NCBI GenBank assembly: GCA_964016885.1
Contig: OZ024759.1
Location: forward strand, 2,604,001-2,668,000
Direction: 5' to 3'
Source of the DNA: Eledone cirrhosa
Lineage: Eukaryota
DNA: 64,000 bases
This document shows positions 12,001 through 25,830 of the stretch, piece by piece. The translations under genes and the position numbers were made by a program. The notes beneath the pieces were generated by a model. It searched no databases and had not been told where the DNA came from. It saw only the letters and a list, made by a program, of their open reading frames with translations. Every line of letters begins with the position of its first letter. Position 1 is the stretch's first letter.

Positions 12001-15000
12001 AACAAAGAGGTTAAAGTTCTGTTTCACCCATGTTCCTCCCTCCTCTCTAGTTGAGGTAACAAAGAGATTAAAGTTCAGTTTCACCCATGTTTCTCCCTCC
12101 TCACTAGTTAAGGTAACAAAGAGGTTAAAGTTCTGTTTCACCCATGTTTCTACCTCCTCACTAGTTGAGGTAACAAAGAGGTTAAAGTTCTGTTTCACCC
12201 ATGTTCTTCCCTCCTCTCTAGTTGAGGTAACAAAGAGGTTAAAGTTCTGTTTCACCCATGTTTGTCCCTCCTCACTAGTTGAGGTAACAAAGAGGTTAAA
12301 GTTCTGTTTCACCCATGTTTCTACCTCCTCACTATTTGAGGTAACAAAGAGGTTAAAGTTCTGTTTCACCCATGTTTCTCCCTCCTCGCTAGTTGAGGTA
12401 ACAAAGAGGTTAAAGTTCTGTTTCACCCATCTTTCTCCACCCTCACTAGTTGAGGTAACAAAGAGGTTATAGTTCTGTTCCACCCATGTTTCTCCCCCCT
12501 CACTAGTTGAGGTAACAAAGATGTTAAAGTTCAGTTTCACCCATGTTTCTCCCTCCTCACTATTAGAGGTAACAAAGAGGTTAAAGTTCTGTTTCACCCA
12601 TGTTTCTACCTCCTCACTAGTTGAGGTAACAAAGAGGTTTGAGTTCTCTTTCACCCCTGTTTCTACCTCCTCACTATTTGAGGTAACAATGAAGTTAAAG
12701 TTCAGTTTCACCCATGTTTCTCCCTCCTCACTAGTTGAGGTAACAAAGAGGTTAGAGTTCTGTTTCACCCATGTTTCTACATCCTTATAAGTTGAGGTAA
12801 CAAAGAGGTTAAAGTTCTGTTTCACCCATGTTTCTACCTCCTCACTAGTTGAGGTAACAAAGAGGTTAAAGTTCTGTTTCACCCATGTTTCTACCTCCTC
12901 AATAGTTGAGGTAACAAAGAGGTTAAAGTTCTGTTTCACCCATGTTTCTACCTCCTCACTAGTTGAGGTAACAAAGAGGTTAAAGTCCTGTTTCACCCAT
13001 GTTTCTACCTCCTCAATAGTTGAGATAACAAAGAGGTTAAAGTTCTGTTTCACCCATGTTTCTCCCTCCTCACTAGTTTAGGTAACAAAGAGGTTAAAGT
13101 TCTGTTTCACCCATGTTTCTACCTCCTCACTATTTGAGGTAACAAAGAGGTTAAAGTTCTGTTTCACCCATGTTTCTCCTTCCTCGCTAGTTGAGGTAAC
13201 AAAGAGGTTAAAGTTCTGTTTCACCCATGTTTCTACCTCCTCAATAGTTGAGGTAACAAAGAGGTTAAAGTTCTGTTTCACCCATGTTTCTACCTCCTCA
13301 CTAGTTGAGGTAACAAAGAGGTTAAAGTCCTGTTTCACCCATGTTTCTACCTCCTCAATAGTTGAGATAACAAAGAGGTTAAAGTTCTGTTTCACCCATG
13401 TTTCTCCCTCCTCACTAGTTGAGGTAACAAAGAGGTTAAAGTTCTGTTTCACCCATGTTTCTACCTCCTCACTATTTGAGGTAACAAAGAGGTTAAAGTT
13501 CTGTTTCACCCATGTTTCTCCTTCCTCGCTAGTTGAGGTAACAAAGAGGTTAAAGTTCTGTTTCACCCATCTTTCTCCCCCCTCACTAGTTGAGGTAACA
13601 AAGAGGTTATAGTTCTGTTCCACCCATGTTTCTCCCCCCTCACTAGTTGAGGTAACAAAGAGGTTAAAGTTCAGTTCACCCATGTTTCTCCCTCCTCACT
13701 ATTAGAGGTAACAAAGAGGTTAAAGTTCAGTTTCACCCATGTTTCTCCCTCCTCACTAGTTGAGGTAACAAAGAGGTTAAAGTTCTGTTTCACCCATGTT
13801 TCTACCTCCTCACTAGTTGAGGTAACAAAGAGGTTAAAGTTCTGTTTCACCCATGTTTCTACCTCCTCAATAGTTGAGGTAACAAAGAGGTTAAAGTTCT
13901 GTTTCACCCATATTTCTACCTCCTCACTAGTTGAGGTAACAAAGAGGTTAAAGTCCTGTTTCACCCATGTTTCTACCTCCTCAATAGTTGAGATTACAAA
14001 GAGGTTAAAGTTCTGTTTCACCCATGTTTCTCCATCCTCACTAGTTGAGGTAACAAAGAGGTTAAAGTTCTGTTTCACCCATGTTTCTCCATACTCACTA
14101 GTTGAGGTAACAAAGAGGGTAAAGTTCTATTTCACCCATGTTTCTCCTTCCTTACTATTTGAGGTAACAAAGAGGTTAAAGTTCTGTTTCACCCATGTAT
14201 CTCCCTCTTTATTAGTTGAGGTAACACAGAGGTTAAAGTTCTGTTTCACCCATGTTTCTCCCTCCTCACTAGTTGAGGTAACAAAGACGTTAAAGTTCTG
14301 TTTCAGCCATGTTTCTACCTCCTCACTAGTTGAGGTAACAAATAGGTTAAAGTTCTGTTTCAACCATGTTTCTACCTCCTCACTAGTTGAGGTAACAAAG
14401 AGGTTAAAGTTCTGTTTCACCCATGTTTCTCCTCCTCACTAGTTGAGGTAACAAAGAGGTTAAAGTTCTGTTTCACCCATGTTTCTCCTTCCTTACTAGT
14501 TGAGGTAACAAAGAGGTTAAAGTTCTGTTTCACCCAAGTTTCTACCTTCCTCACTAGTTGAGGTAACAAAGAGGTTAGAGTTCTGTTTCACCCATATTTC
14601 TACCTCCTCACTATTTGAGGTAACAAAGAAGTTAAAGTTCTGTTTCACCCATGTTTCAACCTCCTCATTATTTGAGGTAACAAAGAGGATAAAGTTCTGT
14701 TTCACCCATGTTTCTCCCTCCTCACTATTAGAGGTAACAAAGAGGTTAAAGTTCTGTTTCACCGATGGTTCTACCTCCTCACTAGTTGAGGTAACAAAGA
14801 GGTTAGAGTTCTGTTTCAGCCCTGTTTCTACCTCCTCACTATTTGAGGTAACAAAGAAATTAAAGTTCAGTTTCACCCATGTTTCTCCCTCCTCACTAGT
14901 TGAGGTAACAAAGATGTTAGAGTTCTGTTTCACCCATGTTTCTACATCCTTATAAGTTGAGGTAACAAAGAGGTTAAAGTTCTGTTTCACCCATGTTTCT

Positions 15001-18000
15001 ACCTCCTCACTAGTTGAGGTAACAAAGAGGTTAAAGTTCTGTTTAACCCATGTTTCTAGCTTCCTCACTAGTTGAGGTAACAAAGAGGTTAAAGTTCTGT
15101 TTCACCCATGTTTCTACCCCCTCAATAGTTGAGGTAACAAAGAGGTTAAAGTTCTGTTTCACCCATGTTACTACCTCCTCACTAGTTGAGGTAACAAAGA
15201 GGTTAAAGTCCTGTTTCACCCATGTTTCTACCTCCTCACTAGTTGAGATTACAAAGAGGATAAAGTTCTGTTTAACCCACGTTTCTACCTTCCTCACTAG
15301 TTGAGGTAACAAAGAGGTTAAAGTTCTGTTTCACCCATGTTTCTTACTCCTCACTAGTTGAGGTAACAAAGAGGTTAAAGTTCTGTTTCACTCATATTTC
15401 TACCTCCTCACTAGTTGAGGTAAAAAAGAGGTTAAAGTTCTGTTTCACCCATGTTCCTCCCTCCTCTCTAGTTGAGGTAACAAAGAGGTTAAAGTTCTGT
15501 TTCACCCATGTTTCTACCTCCTCACTATTTGAGGTAACAAAGAGGTTAAAGTTCTGTTTCACCCATGTTTCTCCCTCCTCGCTAGTTGAGGTAACAAAGA
15601 GGTTAAAGTTCTGTTTCACCCATCTTTCTCCCCCCTCACTAGTTGAGGTAACAAAGAGGTTATAGTTCTGTTCCACCCATGTTTCTCCCCCCTCACTAGT
15701 TGAGGTAACAAAGAGGTTAAAGTTCAGTTTCACCCATGTTTCTCCCCCCTCACTAGTTGAGGTAACAAAGAGGTTAAAGTTCTGTTTCACCCATGTTTCT
15801 CCATCCTCACTAGTTGAGGTAACAAAGAGGTTAAAGTTCTGTTTCACCCATGTTCCTCCCTCCTCTCTAGTTGAGGTAACAAAGAGATTAAAGTTCAGTT
15901 TCACCCATGTTTCTCCCTCCTCACTAGTTAAGGTAACAAAGAGGTTAAAGTTCTGTTTCACCCATGTTTCTACCTCCTCACTAGTTGAGGTAACAAAGAG
16001 GTTAAAGTTCTGTTTCACCCATGTTCTTCCCTCCTCTCTAGTTGAGGTAACAAAGAGGTTAAAGTTCTGTTTCACCCATGTTTGTCCCTCCTCACTAGTT
16101 GAGGTAACAAAGAGGTTAAAGTTCTGTTTCACCCATGTTTCTACCTCCTCACTATTTGAGGTAACAAAGAGGTTAAAGTTCTGTTTCACCCATGTTTCTC
16201 CCTCCTCGCTAGTTGAGGTAACAAAGAGGTTAAAGTTCTGTTTCACCCATCTTTCTCCACCCTCACTAGTTGAGGTAACAAAGAGGTTATAGTTCTGTTC
16301 CACCCATGTTTCTCCCCCCTCACTAGTTGAGGTAACAAAGATGTTAAAGTTCAGTTTCACCCATGTTTCTCCCTCCTCACTATTAGAGGTAACAAAGAGG
16401 TTAAAGTTCTGTTTCACCCATGTTTCTACCTCCTCACTAGTTGAGGTAACAAAGAGGTTTGAGTTCTCTTTCACCCCTGTTTCTACCTCCTCACTATTTG
16501 AGGTAACAATGAAGTTAAAGTTCAGTTTCACCCATGTTTCTCCCTCCTCACTAGTTGAGGTAACAAAGAGGTTAGAGTTCTGTTTCACCCATGTTTCTAC
16601 ATCCTTATAAGTTGAGGTAACAAAGAGGTTAAAGTTCTGTTTCACCCATGTTTCTACCTCCTCACTAGTTGAGGTAACAAAGAGGTTAAAGTTCTGTTTC
16701 ACCCATGTTTCTACCTCCTCACTAGTTGAGGTAACAAAGAGGTTAAAGTTCTGTTTCACCCATGTTTCTACCTCCTCACTAGTTGAGGTAACAAAGAGGT
16801 TAAAGTCCTGTTTCACCCATGTTTCTACCTCCTCAATAGTTGAGATAACAAAGAGGTTAAAGTTCTGTTTCATCCATGTTTCTACCTCCTCACTAGTTGA
16901 GGTAACAAAGAGGTTAAAGTTCTGTTTCACCCATGTTTCTACCTCCTCACTAGTTGAGGTAACAAAGAGGTTAAAGTTATGTTTCACCCATGTTTCTACC
17001 TCCTCACTAGTTGAGGTAACAAAGAGGTTAAAGTTCTGTTTCACCCATGTTTCTCCATCCTCACTAGTTGAGGTAACAAAGAGGTTAAAGTTCTGTTTCA
17101 CCCATGTTTCTCCATCCTCACTAGTGAGGTAACAATGAGGGTAAAGTTCTATTTCACCCATGTTTCTCCTTCCTTACTATTTGAGGTAACAAAGAGGTTA
17201 AAGTTCTGTTTCACCCATGTATCTCCCTCTTTATTAGTTGAGGTAACAAAGAGGGTAAAGTTCTGTTTCACCCATGTTTCTACCTCCTCACTAGTTGAGG
17301 TAACAAAGAGGTTAAAGTTCTGTTTCACCCATGTTTCTCCTCCTCACTATTTGAGGTAACAAAGAGGTTAAAGTTCTGTTTCACCCATGTTTCTCCTTCC
17401 TTACTAGTTGAGGTAACAAAGAGGTTAAAGTTCTGTTTCACCCAAGTTTCTACCTTCCTCACTAGTTGAGGTAACAAAGAGGTTAGAGTTCTGTTTCACC
17501 CATATTTCTACCTCCTCACTATTTGAGGTAACAAAGAAGTTAAAGTTCTGTTTCACCCATATTTCAACCTCCTCATTATTTGAGGTAACAAAGAGGATAA
17601 AGTTCTGTTTCACCCATGTTTCTCCCTCCTCACTATTAGAGGTAACAAAGAGGTTAAAGTTCTGTTTCACCCATGGTTCTACCTCCTCACTAGTTGAGGT
17701 AACAAAGAGGTTAGAGTTCTGTTTCAGCCCTGTTTCTACCTCCTCACTATTTGAGGTAACAAAGAAATTAAAGTTCAGTTTCACCCATGTTTCTACCTCC
17801 TCACTAGTTGAGGTAACAAAGAGGTTAAAGTTCTGTTTAACCCCTGTTTCTAGCTTCCTCACTAGTTGAGGTAACAAAGAGGTTAAAGTTCTGTTTCACC
17901 CATGTTTCTACCCCCTCAATAGTTGAGGTAACAAAGAGGTTAAAGTTCTGTTTCACCCATGTTACTACCTCCTCACTAGTTGAGGTAACAAAGAGGTTAA

Positions 18001-18100
18001 AGTTCTGTTTCACCCATGTTTCTACATCCTCACTAGTTGAGATTACAAAGAGGTTAAAGTTCTGTTTCATCCACGTTTCTACCTCCTCACTAGTTGAGGT
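1..18100. repeat. Sub-domain A: variable-length higher-order repeat of about 2.8-4.0 kb
   Basis: The 58-bp variant TCTAGCTTCC recurs near 458, 3708, 7245, 11236, 15056 and 17849 (spacings 3250, 3536, 3991, 3820, 2794). The variants CCTTATAAGTTG, GAGGGTAAAGTTCTATT and GAGATTAC are confined to this region. Segment 1-2430 matches 6787-9216 (offset 6786). The boundary is approximate. Confidence 0.85.
8400..16870. repeat. Near-identical tandem duplication, period 3820 bp (67 monomers), about 2.2 copies
   Basis: Matching ORFs are offset by exactly 3820: 8701/12521/16341, 9258/13078, 9851/13671, 10307/14127, 10697/14517, 11223/15043. The match breaks down near 16870. Confidence 0.93.
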
Positions 18101-20109
18101 AACAAAGAGGTTAAAGTTCTGTTTCACCCATGTTCATACCTCCTCTCTAGTTGAGGTAACAAAGAGGTTAAAGTTCTGTTTCACCCATGTTTCTCCCTCT
18201 TCACTAGTTGAGGTAACAAAGAGGTTAAAGTTCTGTTTCACCCATGTTTCTACCTCCTCACTATTTGAGGTAACAAAGAGGTTAAAGTTCTGTTTCACCC
18301 ATGTTTCTCCCTCCTCGCTAGTTGAGGTAACAAAGAGGTTAAAGTTCTGTTTCACCCATCTTTCTCCCCTCTCACTAGTTGAGGTAACAAAGAGGTTAAA
18401 GTTCTGTTTCACCCATGTTTCTTCCTCCTAACTAGTTGAGGTAACAAAGAGGTTAAAGTTCTGTTTCACCCATGTTTCTACCTCCTTACTAGTTGAGGTA
18501 ACAAAGAGGTTAAAGTTCTGTTTCACCCATGTTTCTCCCTCCTCATTAGTTGAGGTAACAAAGAGGTTAAAGTTCTGTTTCACCCATGTTTCTCCCTCCT
18601 CATTAGTTGAGGTAACAAAGAGGTTAAAGTTCTGTTTCACCCATGTTTCTACCTCCTCACTATTTGAGGTAACAAAGAAGTTAAAGTTCTGTTTCACCCA
18701 TACTCTACCTCCTCATTATTTGAGGTAACAAAGAGGTTAAAGTCCTGTTACACCCATGTTTCTCCCTCCTCACTATTAGAGGTAACAAAGAGGTTAAAGT
18801 TCTGTTTCACCCATGTTTTTCCCTCCTCACTAGTTGAGGTAACAAAGAGGTTGAAGTTCTGTTTCACCCATGTTTCTACCTCCTCACTAGTTGAGGTAAC
18901 AAAGAGGTTAAAGTTCTGTTTCACCCATGTTTCTTCCTCCTAACTAGTTGAGGTAACAAAGAGGTTAAAGTTCTGTTTCACCCATGTTTCTACCTCCTTA
19001 CTAGTTGAGGTAACAAAGAGGTTAAAGTTCTGTTTCACCCATGTTTCTCCCTCCTCATTAGTTGAGGTAACAAAGAGGTTAAAGTTCTGTTTCACCCATG
19101 TTTCTACCTCCTTACTAGTTGAGGTAACAAAGAGGTTAAAGTTCTGTTTCACCCAGGTTTCTACCTCCTCACTAGTTGAGTTAACAAAGAGGTTAGATTT
19201 CTGTTTCACCCATGTTTCTACCTCCTCACTACTTGAGGTAACAAAGAAGTTAAAGTTCTGTTTCACCCATGTTTCTCCATCCTCACTAGTTGAGGTAACA
19301 AAGAGGTTAAAGTTCTGTTTCACCCATGTTTATACCTCCTCACTAGTTGAGGTAACAAAGAGGTTAAACTTCTGTTTAACCCACGTTTTTACCTTCCTCA
19401 CTAGTTTAGGTAACAAAGAGGTTAAAGTTCTGTTTCACCCATGTTGTTTCTACCTCCTCAATAGTTGAGGTAACAAAGAGGTTAAAGTTCTGTTTCACCC
19501 ATGTTCCTCCCTCCTCTCTAGTTGAGGTAACAAAGATGTTAAAGTTCTGTTTCACCCATGTTTCTCCCTCCTCACTAGTTGAGGTAACAAAGAGGTTAAA
19601 GTTCTGTTTCACCCATGTTTCTACCTCCTCACTATTTGAGGTAACAAAGAGGTTAAAGTTCTGTTTCACCCATGTTTCTCCCTCCTCGCTAGTTGAGGTA
19701 ACAAAGAGGTTAAAATTTTGTTTCACCCATCTTTCTCCCCCCTCACTAGTTGAGGTAACAAAGAGGTTATAGTTCTGTTCCACCCATGTTTCTACCCCCT
19801 CACTAGTTGAGGTAACAAAGAGGTTAAAGTTCAGTTTCACCCATGTTTCTCCCTCCTCACTAGTTGAGGTAACAAAGAGGTTAAAGTTCTGTTTCACCCA
19901 TGTTTCTACCTCCTCACTATTTAAGGTAACAAAGAGGTTAAAGTTCTGTTTCACCCATGTTTCTCCCTCCTCGCTAGTTGAGGTAACAAAGAGGTTAAAG
20001 TTCTGTTTCACCCATGTTTCTCCCCCCTCACTAGTTGAGGTAACAAAGAGGTTAAAGTTCTGTTTCACCAATGTTTCTCCCCCCTCACTAGTTGAGGTAA
20101 CAAAGAGGT

Positions 20110-23100
20110 TAAAGTTCTGTTTCACCCATGTTTCTCCCTCCTCACTAGTTGAGGTAACAAAGAGGTTAAAGTTCTGTTTCACCCATGTTTCTCCCTCCTC
20201 ATTAGTTCAGGTAACAAAGAGGTTGAAGTTCTGTTTCACCCATGTTTTTCCCTCCTCACTAGTTGAGGTAACAAAGAGGTTGAAGTTCTGTTTCACCCAT
20301 GTTTCTACCTCCTCACTAGTTGAGGTAACAAAGAGGTTAAAGTTCTGTTTCACCCATGTTTCTTCCTCCTAACTTGTTGAGGTAACAAAGAGGTTAAAGT
20401 TCTGTTTCACCCATGTTTCTACCTCCTTACTAGTTGAGGTAACAAAGAGGTTAAAGTTCTGTTTCACCCATGTTTCTCCCTCCTCATTAGTTGAGGTAAC
20501 AAAGAGGTTAAAGTTCTGTTTCACCCATGTTTCTACCTCCTCACTATTTGAGGTAACAAAGAAGTTAAAGTTCTGTTTCACCCATACTCTACCTCCTCAT
20601 TATTTGAGGTAACAAAGAGGTTAAAGTTCTGTTACACCCATGTTTCTCCCTCCTCACTATTAGAGGTAACAAAGAGGTTAAAGTTCTGTTTCACCCATGT
20701 TTCTACCTCCTCACTAGTTGAGGTAACAAAGAGGTTAGATTTCTGTTTCACCCATGTTTCTACCTCCTCACTACTTGAGGTAACAAAGAAGTTAAAGTTC
20801 TGTTTCACCCATGTTTCTCCCTCCTCACTAGTTGAGGTAACAAAGAGGTTAGAGTTCTGTTTCACCCATGTTTCTACCTCCTCACTATTTGAGGTAACAA
20901 AGAGGTTAAAGTTCTGTTTCACCCATGTTTCTACCTCCTCACTAGTTGAGGTAACAAAGAGGTTAAAGTTCTTTTTCACCCATGTTTCTCCCTCCTCGCT
21001 AGTTGAGGTAACAAAGAGGTTAAAGTTCTGTTTCACCCATCTTTCTCCCCCTCACTAGTTGAGGTAACAAAGAGGTTAAAGTTCTGTTTCACCCATGTTT
21101 CTCCCCCCTCATTACTTGAGGTAACAAAGAGGTTAAAGTTCTGTTTCACCCATGTTTCTCCCTCCTCACTAGTTGAGGTAACAAAAAGGTTAAAGTTCTG
21201 TTTCACCCATGTTTCTCCCTCCTCACTAGTTGAGGTAACAAAGACGTTAAAGTTCTGTTTCACCCATGTTTCTCCCCCCTCACTAGTTGAGGTAACAAAG
21301 AGGTTAAAGTTCTGTTTAACCCATGTTTCTCCCCCCTCATTAGTTGAGGTAACAAAGAGGTTAAAGTTCTGTTTCACCCATGTTTCTCCCTCCTCTCTAG
21401 TGGAGGTAACAAAGAGGTTGAAGTTCTGTTTCACCCATGTTTCTACCTCCTCACTAGTTGAGGTAACAAAGAGGTTAAAGTTCTGTTACACCCATGTTTT
21501 TCCCTCCTCACTATTAGAGGTAACAAAGAGGTTAAAGTTCTGTTTCACCCATGTTTCTACCTCCTCACTACTTGAGGTAACAAAGAAGTTAAAGTTCTGT
21601 TTCACCCATGTTTCTCCCTCCTCACTAGTTGAGGTAACATAGAGGTTAGAGTTCTGTTTCACCCATGTTTCTACCTCCTCACTATTTGAGGTAACAAAGA
21701 GGTTAAAGTTCTGTTTCACCCATGTTTCTACCTCCTCACTAGTTGAGGTAACAAAGAGGTTAAAGTTCTGTTTCACCCATGTTTCTCCCTCCTCGCGAGT
21801 TGAAGTAACAAAGAGGTTAAAGTTCTGTTTCACCCATCTTTCTCCCCTTCACTAGTTGAGGTAACAAAGAGGTTAAAGTTCTGTTTCACCCATGTTTCTC
21901 CCCCCTCACTAGTTGAGGTAACAAAGAGGTTAAATTTCTGTTTCACCCATGTTTCTCCCCCCTCATTAGTTGAGGTAACAATGAGGTTAAAGTTCTGTTT
22001 CACCCATGTTTCTCCCTCCTCTCTAGTGGAGGTAACAAAGAGGTTGAAGTTCTGTTTCACCCATGTTTCTCCCCCCTCACTAGTTGAGGTAACAAAGAGG
22101 TTAAAGTTCTGTTTCACCCATGTTTCTCCCTCCTCACTAGTTGAGGTAACAAAGAAGTTAAAGTTCTGTTTCACCCATACTCTACCTCCTCATTATTTGA
22201 GGTAACAAAGAGGTTAAAGTCCTGTTACACCCATGTTTCTCCCTCCTCACTATTAGAGGTAACAAAGAGGTTAAAGTTCTGTTTCACCCATGTTTCTACC
22301 TCCTCACTAGTTGAGGTAACAAAGAGGTTAGATTTCTGTTTTACCCATGTTTCTACCTCCTCACTACTTGAGGTAACAAAGAAGTTAAAGTTCTGTTTCA
22401 CCCATGTTTCTCCCTCCTCACTAGTTGAGGTAACAAAGAGGTTAGATTTCTGTTTCACCCATGTTTCTACCTCCTCACTACTTGAGGTAACAAAGAAGTT
22501 AAAGTTCTGTTTCACCCATGTTTCTCCCTCCTCACTAGTTGAGGTAACAAAGAGGTTAGAGTTCTGTTTCACCCATGTTTCTACCTCCTCACTATTTGAG
22601 GTAACAAAGAGGTTAAAGTCCTGTTACACCCATGTTTCTCCCTCCTCACTATTAGAGGTAACAAAGAGGTTAAAGTTCTGTTTCACCCATGTTTCTCCCT
22701 CCTCACTAGTTGAGGTAACAAAGAGGTTAAAGTTCTGTTTCACCCATGTTTCTCCCTCCTCATTAGTTCAGGTAACAAAGAGGTTGAAGTTCTGTTTCAC
22801 CCATGTTTTTCCCTCCTCACTAGTTGAGGTAACAAAGAGGTTGAAGTTCTGTTTCACCCATGTTTCTACCTCCTCACTAGTTGAGGTAACAAAGAGGTTA
22901 AAGTTCTGTTTCACCCATGTTTCTTCCTCCTAACTTGTTGAGGTAACAAAGAGGTTAAAGTTCTGTTTCACCCATGTTTCTACCTCCTTACTAGTTGAGG
23001 TAACAAAGAGGTTAAAGTTCTGTTTCACCCATGTTTCTCCCTCCTCATTAGTTGAGGTAACAAAGAGGTTAAAGTTCTGTTTCACCCATGTTTCTACCTC

Positions 23101-25000
23101 CTCACTATTTGAGGTAACAAAGAAGTTAAAGTTCTGTTTCACCCATACTCTACCTCCTCATTATTTGAGGTAACAAAGAGGTTAAAGTTCTGTTACACCC
23201 ATGTTTCTCCCTCCTCACTATTAGAGGTAACAAAGAGGTTAAAGTTCTGTTTCACCCATGTTTCTACCTCCTCACTAGTTGAGGTAACAAAGAGGTTAGA
23301 TTTCTGTTTCACCCATGTTTCTACCTCCTCACTACTTGAGGTAACAAAGAAGTTAAAGTTCTGTTTCACCCATGTTTCTCCCTCCTCACTAGTTGAGGTA
23401 ACAAAGAGGTTAGAGTTCTGTTTCACCCATGTTTCTACCTCCTCACTATTTGAGGTAACAAAGAGGTTAAAGTTCTGTTTCACCCATGTTTCTACCTCCT
23501 CACTAGTTGAGGTAACAAAGAGGTTAAAGTTCTTTTTCACCCATGTTTCTCCCTCCTCGCTAGTTGAGGTAACAAAGAGGTTAAAGTTCTGTTTCACCCA
23601 TCTTTCTCCCCCTCACTAGTTGAGGTAACAAAGAGGTTAAAGTTCTGTTTCACCCATGTTTCTCCCCCCTCATTACTTGAGGTAACAAAGAGGTTAAAGT
23701 TCTGTTTCACCCATGTTTCTCCCTCCTCACTAGTTGAGGTAACAAAAAGGTTAAAGTTCTGTTTCACCCATGTTTCTCCCTCCTCACTAGTTGAGGTAAC
23801 AAAGACGTTAAAGTTCTGTTTCACCCATGTTTCTCCCCCCTCACTAGTTGAGGTAACAAAGAGGTTAAAGTTCTGTTTAACCCATGTTTCTCCCCCCTCA
23901 TTAGTTGAGGTAACAAAGAGGTTAAAGTTCTGTTTCACCCATGTTTCTCCCTCCTCTCTAGTGGAGGTAACAAAGAGGTTGAAGTTCTGTTTCACCCATG
24001 TTTCTACCTCCCCACTAGTTGAGGTAACAAAGAGGTTAAAGTTCTGTTACACCCATGTTTTTCCCTCCTCACTATTAGAGGTAACAAAGAGGTTAAAGTT
24101 CTGTTTCACCCATGTTTCTACCTCCTCACTACTTGAGGTAACAAAGAAGTTAAAGTTCTGTTTCACCCATGTTTCTCCCTCCTCACTAGTTGAGGTAACA
24201 TAGAGGTTAGAGTTCTGTTTCACCCATGTTTCTACCTCCTCACTATTTGAGGTAACAAAGAGGTTAAAGTTCTGTTTCACCCATGTTTCTACCTCCTCAC
24301 TAGTTGAGGTAACAAAGAGGTTAAAGTTCTGTTTCACCCATGTTTCTCCCTCCTCGCGAGTTGAAGTAACAAAGGGGTTAAAGTTCTGTTTCACCCATCT
24401 TTCTCCCCTTCACTAGTTGAGGTAACAAAGAGGTTAAAGTTCTGTTTCACCCATGTTTCTCCCCCCTCACTAGTTGAGGTAACAAAGAGGTTAAATTTCT
24501 GTTTCACCCATGTTTCTCCCCCCTCATTAGTTGAGGTAACAATGAGGTTAAAGTTCTGTTTCACCCATGTTTCTCCCTCCTCTCTAGTGGAGGTAACAAA
24601 GAGGTTGAAGTTCTGTTTCACCCATGTTTCTCCCCCCTCACTAGTTGAGGTAACAAAGAGGTTAAAGTTCTGTTTCACCCATGTTTCTCCCTCCTCACTA
24701 GTTGAGGTAACAAAGAAGTTAAAGTTCTGTTTCACCCATACTCTACCTCCTCATTATTTGAGGTAACAAAGAGGTTAAAGTCCTGTTACACCCATGTTTC
24801 TCCCTCCTCACTATTAGAGGTAACAAAGAGGTTAAAGTTCTGTTTCACCCATGTTTCTACCTCCTCACTAGTTGAGGTAACAAAGAGGTTAGATTTCTGT
24901 TTTACCCATGTTTCTACCTCCTCACTACTTGAGGTAACAAAGAAGTTAAAGTTCTGTTTCACCCATGTTTCTCCCTCCTCACTAGTTGAGGTAACAAAGA
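20110..25000. repeat. Tandem duplication, period 2561 bp (45 monomers, four of them 56 bp), about 1.9 copies
   Basis: ORF pairs offset by 2561: 20369/22930, 20632/23193, 21033/23594, 21486/24047, 21830/24391, 22225/24786. The rare variant ATTAGTTCAGG appears at about 20201 and 22762. Confidence 0.93.
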
Positions 25001-25830
25001 GGTTAAATTTCTGTTTCACCCATGTTTATACCTCCTCACTAGTTGAGGTAACAAAGAGGTTAAACTTCTGTTTAACCCACGTTTCTACCTTCCTCACTAG
25101 TTGAGGTAACAAAGAGGTTAATGTTCTGTTTCACCCATGTTTCTACCTCCTCAATAGTTGAGGTACAAAGAGGTTAAAGTTCTGTTTCACCCATGTTTCT
25201 TCCTCCTCACTAGTTGAGGTAACAAAGAGGTTAAAGTTCTGTTTCACCCATATTTCTACCTCCTCACTAGTTGAGGTAACAAAGAGGTTAAAATACTGTT
25301 TCACCCATGTTCCTCCCTCCTCTCTAGTTGAGGTAACAAAGATGTTAAAGTTCTGTTTCACCCATGTTTCTCCCTCCTCACTAGTTGAGGTAACAAAGAG
25401 GTTAAAGTCCTGTTACACCCATGTTTCTCCCTCCTCACTATTAGAGGTAACAAAGAGGTTAAAGTTCTGTTTCACCCATGTTTCTACCTCCTCACTAGTT
25501 GAGGTAACAAAGAGGTTAGATTTCTGTTTCACCCATGTTTCTACCTCCTCACTACTTGAGGTAACAAAGAAGTTAAAGTTCTGTTTCACCCATGTTTCTC
25601 CCTCCTCACTAGTTGAGGTAACAAAGAGGTTAAATTTCTGTTTCACCCATGTTTATACCTCCTCACTAGTCGAGGTAACAAAGAGGTTAAACTTCTGTTT
25701 AACCCACGTTTCTACCTTCCTCACTAGTTGAGGTAACAAAGAGGTTAATGTTCTGTTTCACCCATGTTTCTACCTCCTCAATAGTTGAGGTACAAAGAGG
25801 TTAAAGTTCTGTTTCACCCATGTTTCTACC
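24700..25830. repeat. Local duplication, period 627 bp (11 monomers)
   Basis: ORF ends at 24786/25413 and 25143/25770 are offset by 627, with the same variant order. Confidence 0.8.
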
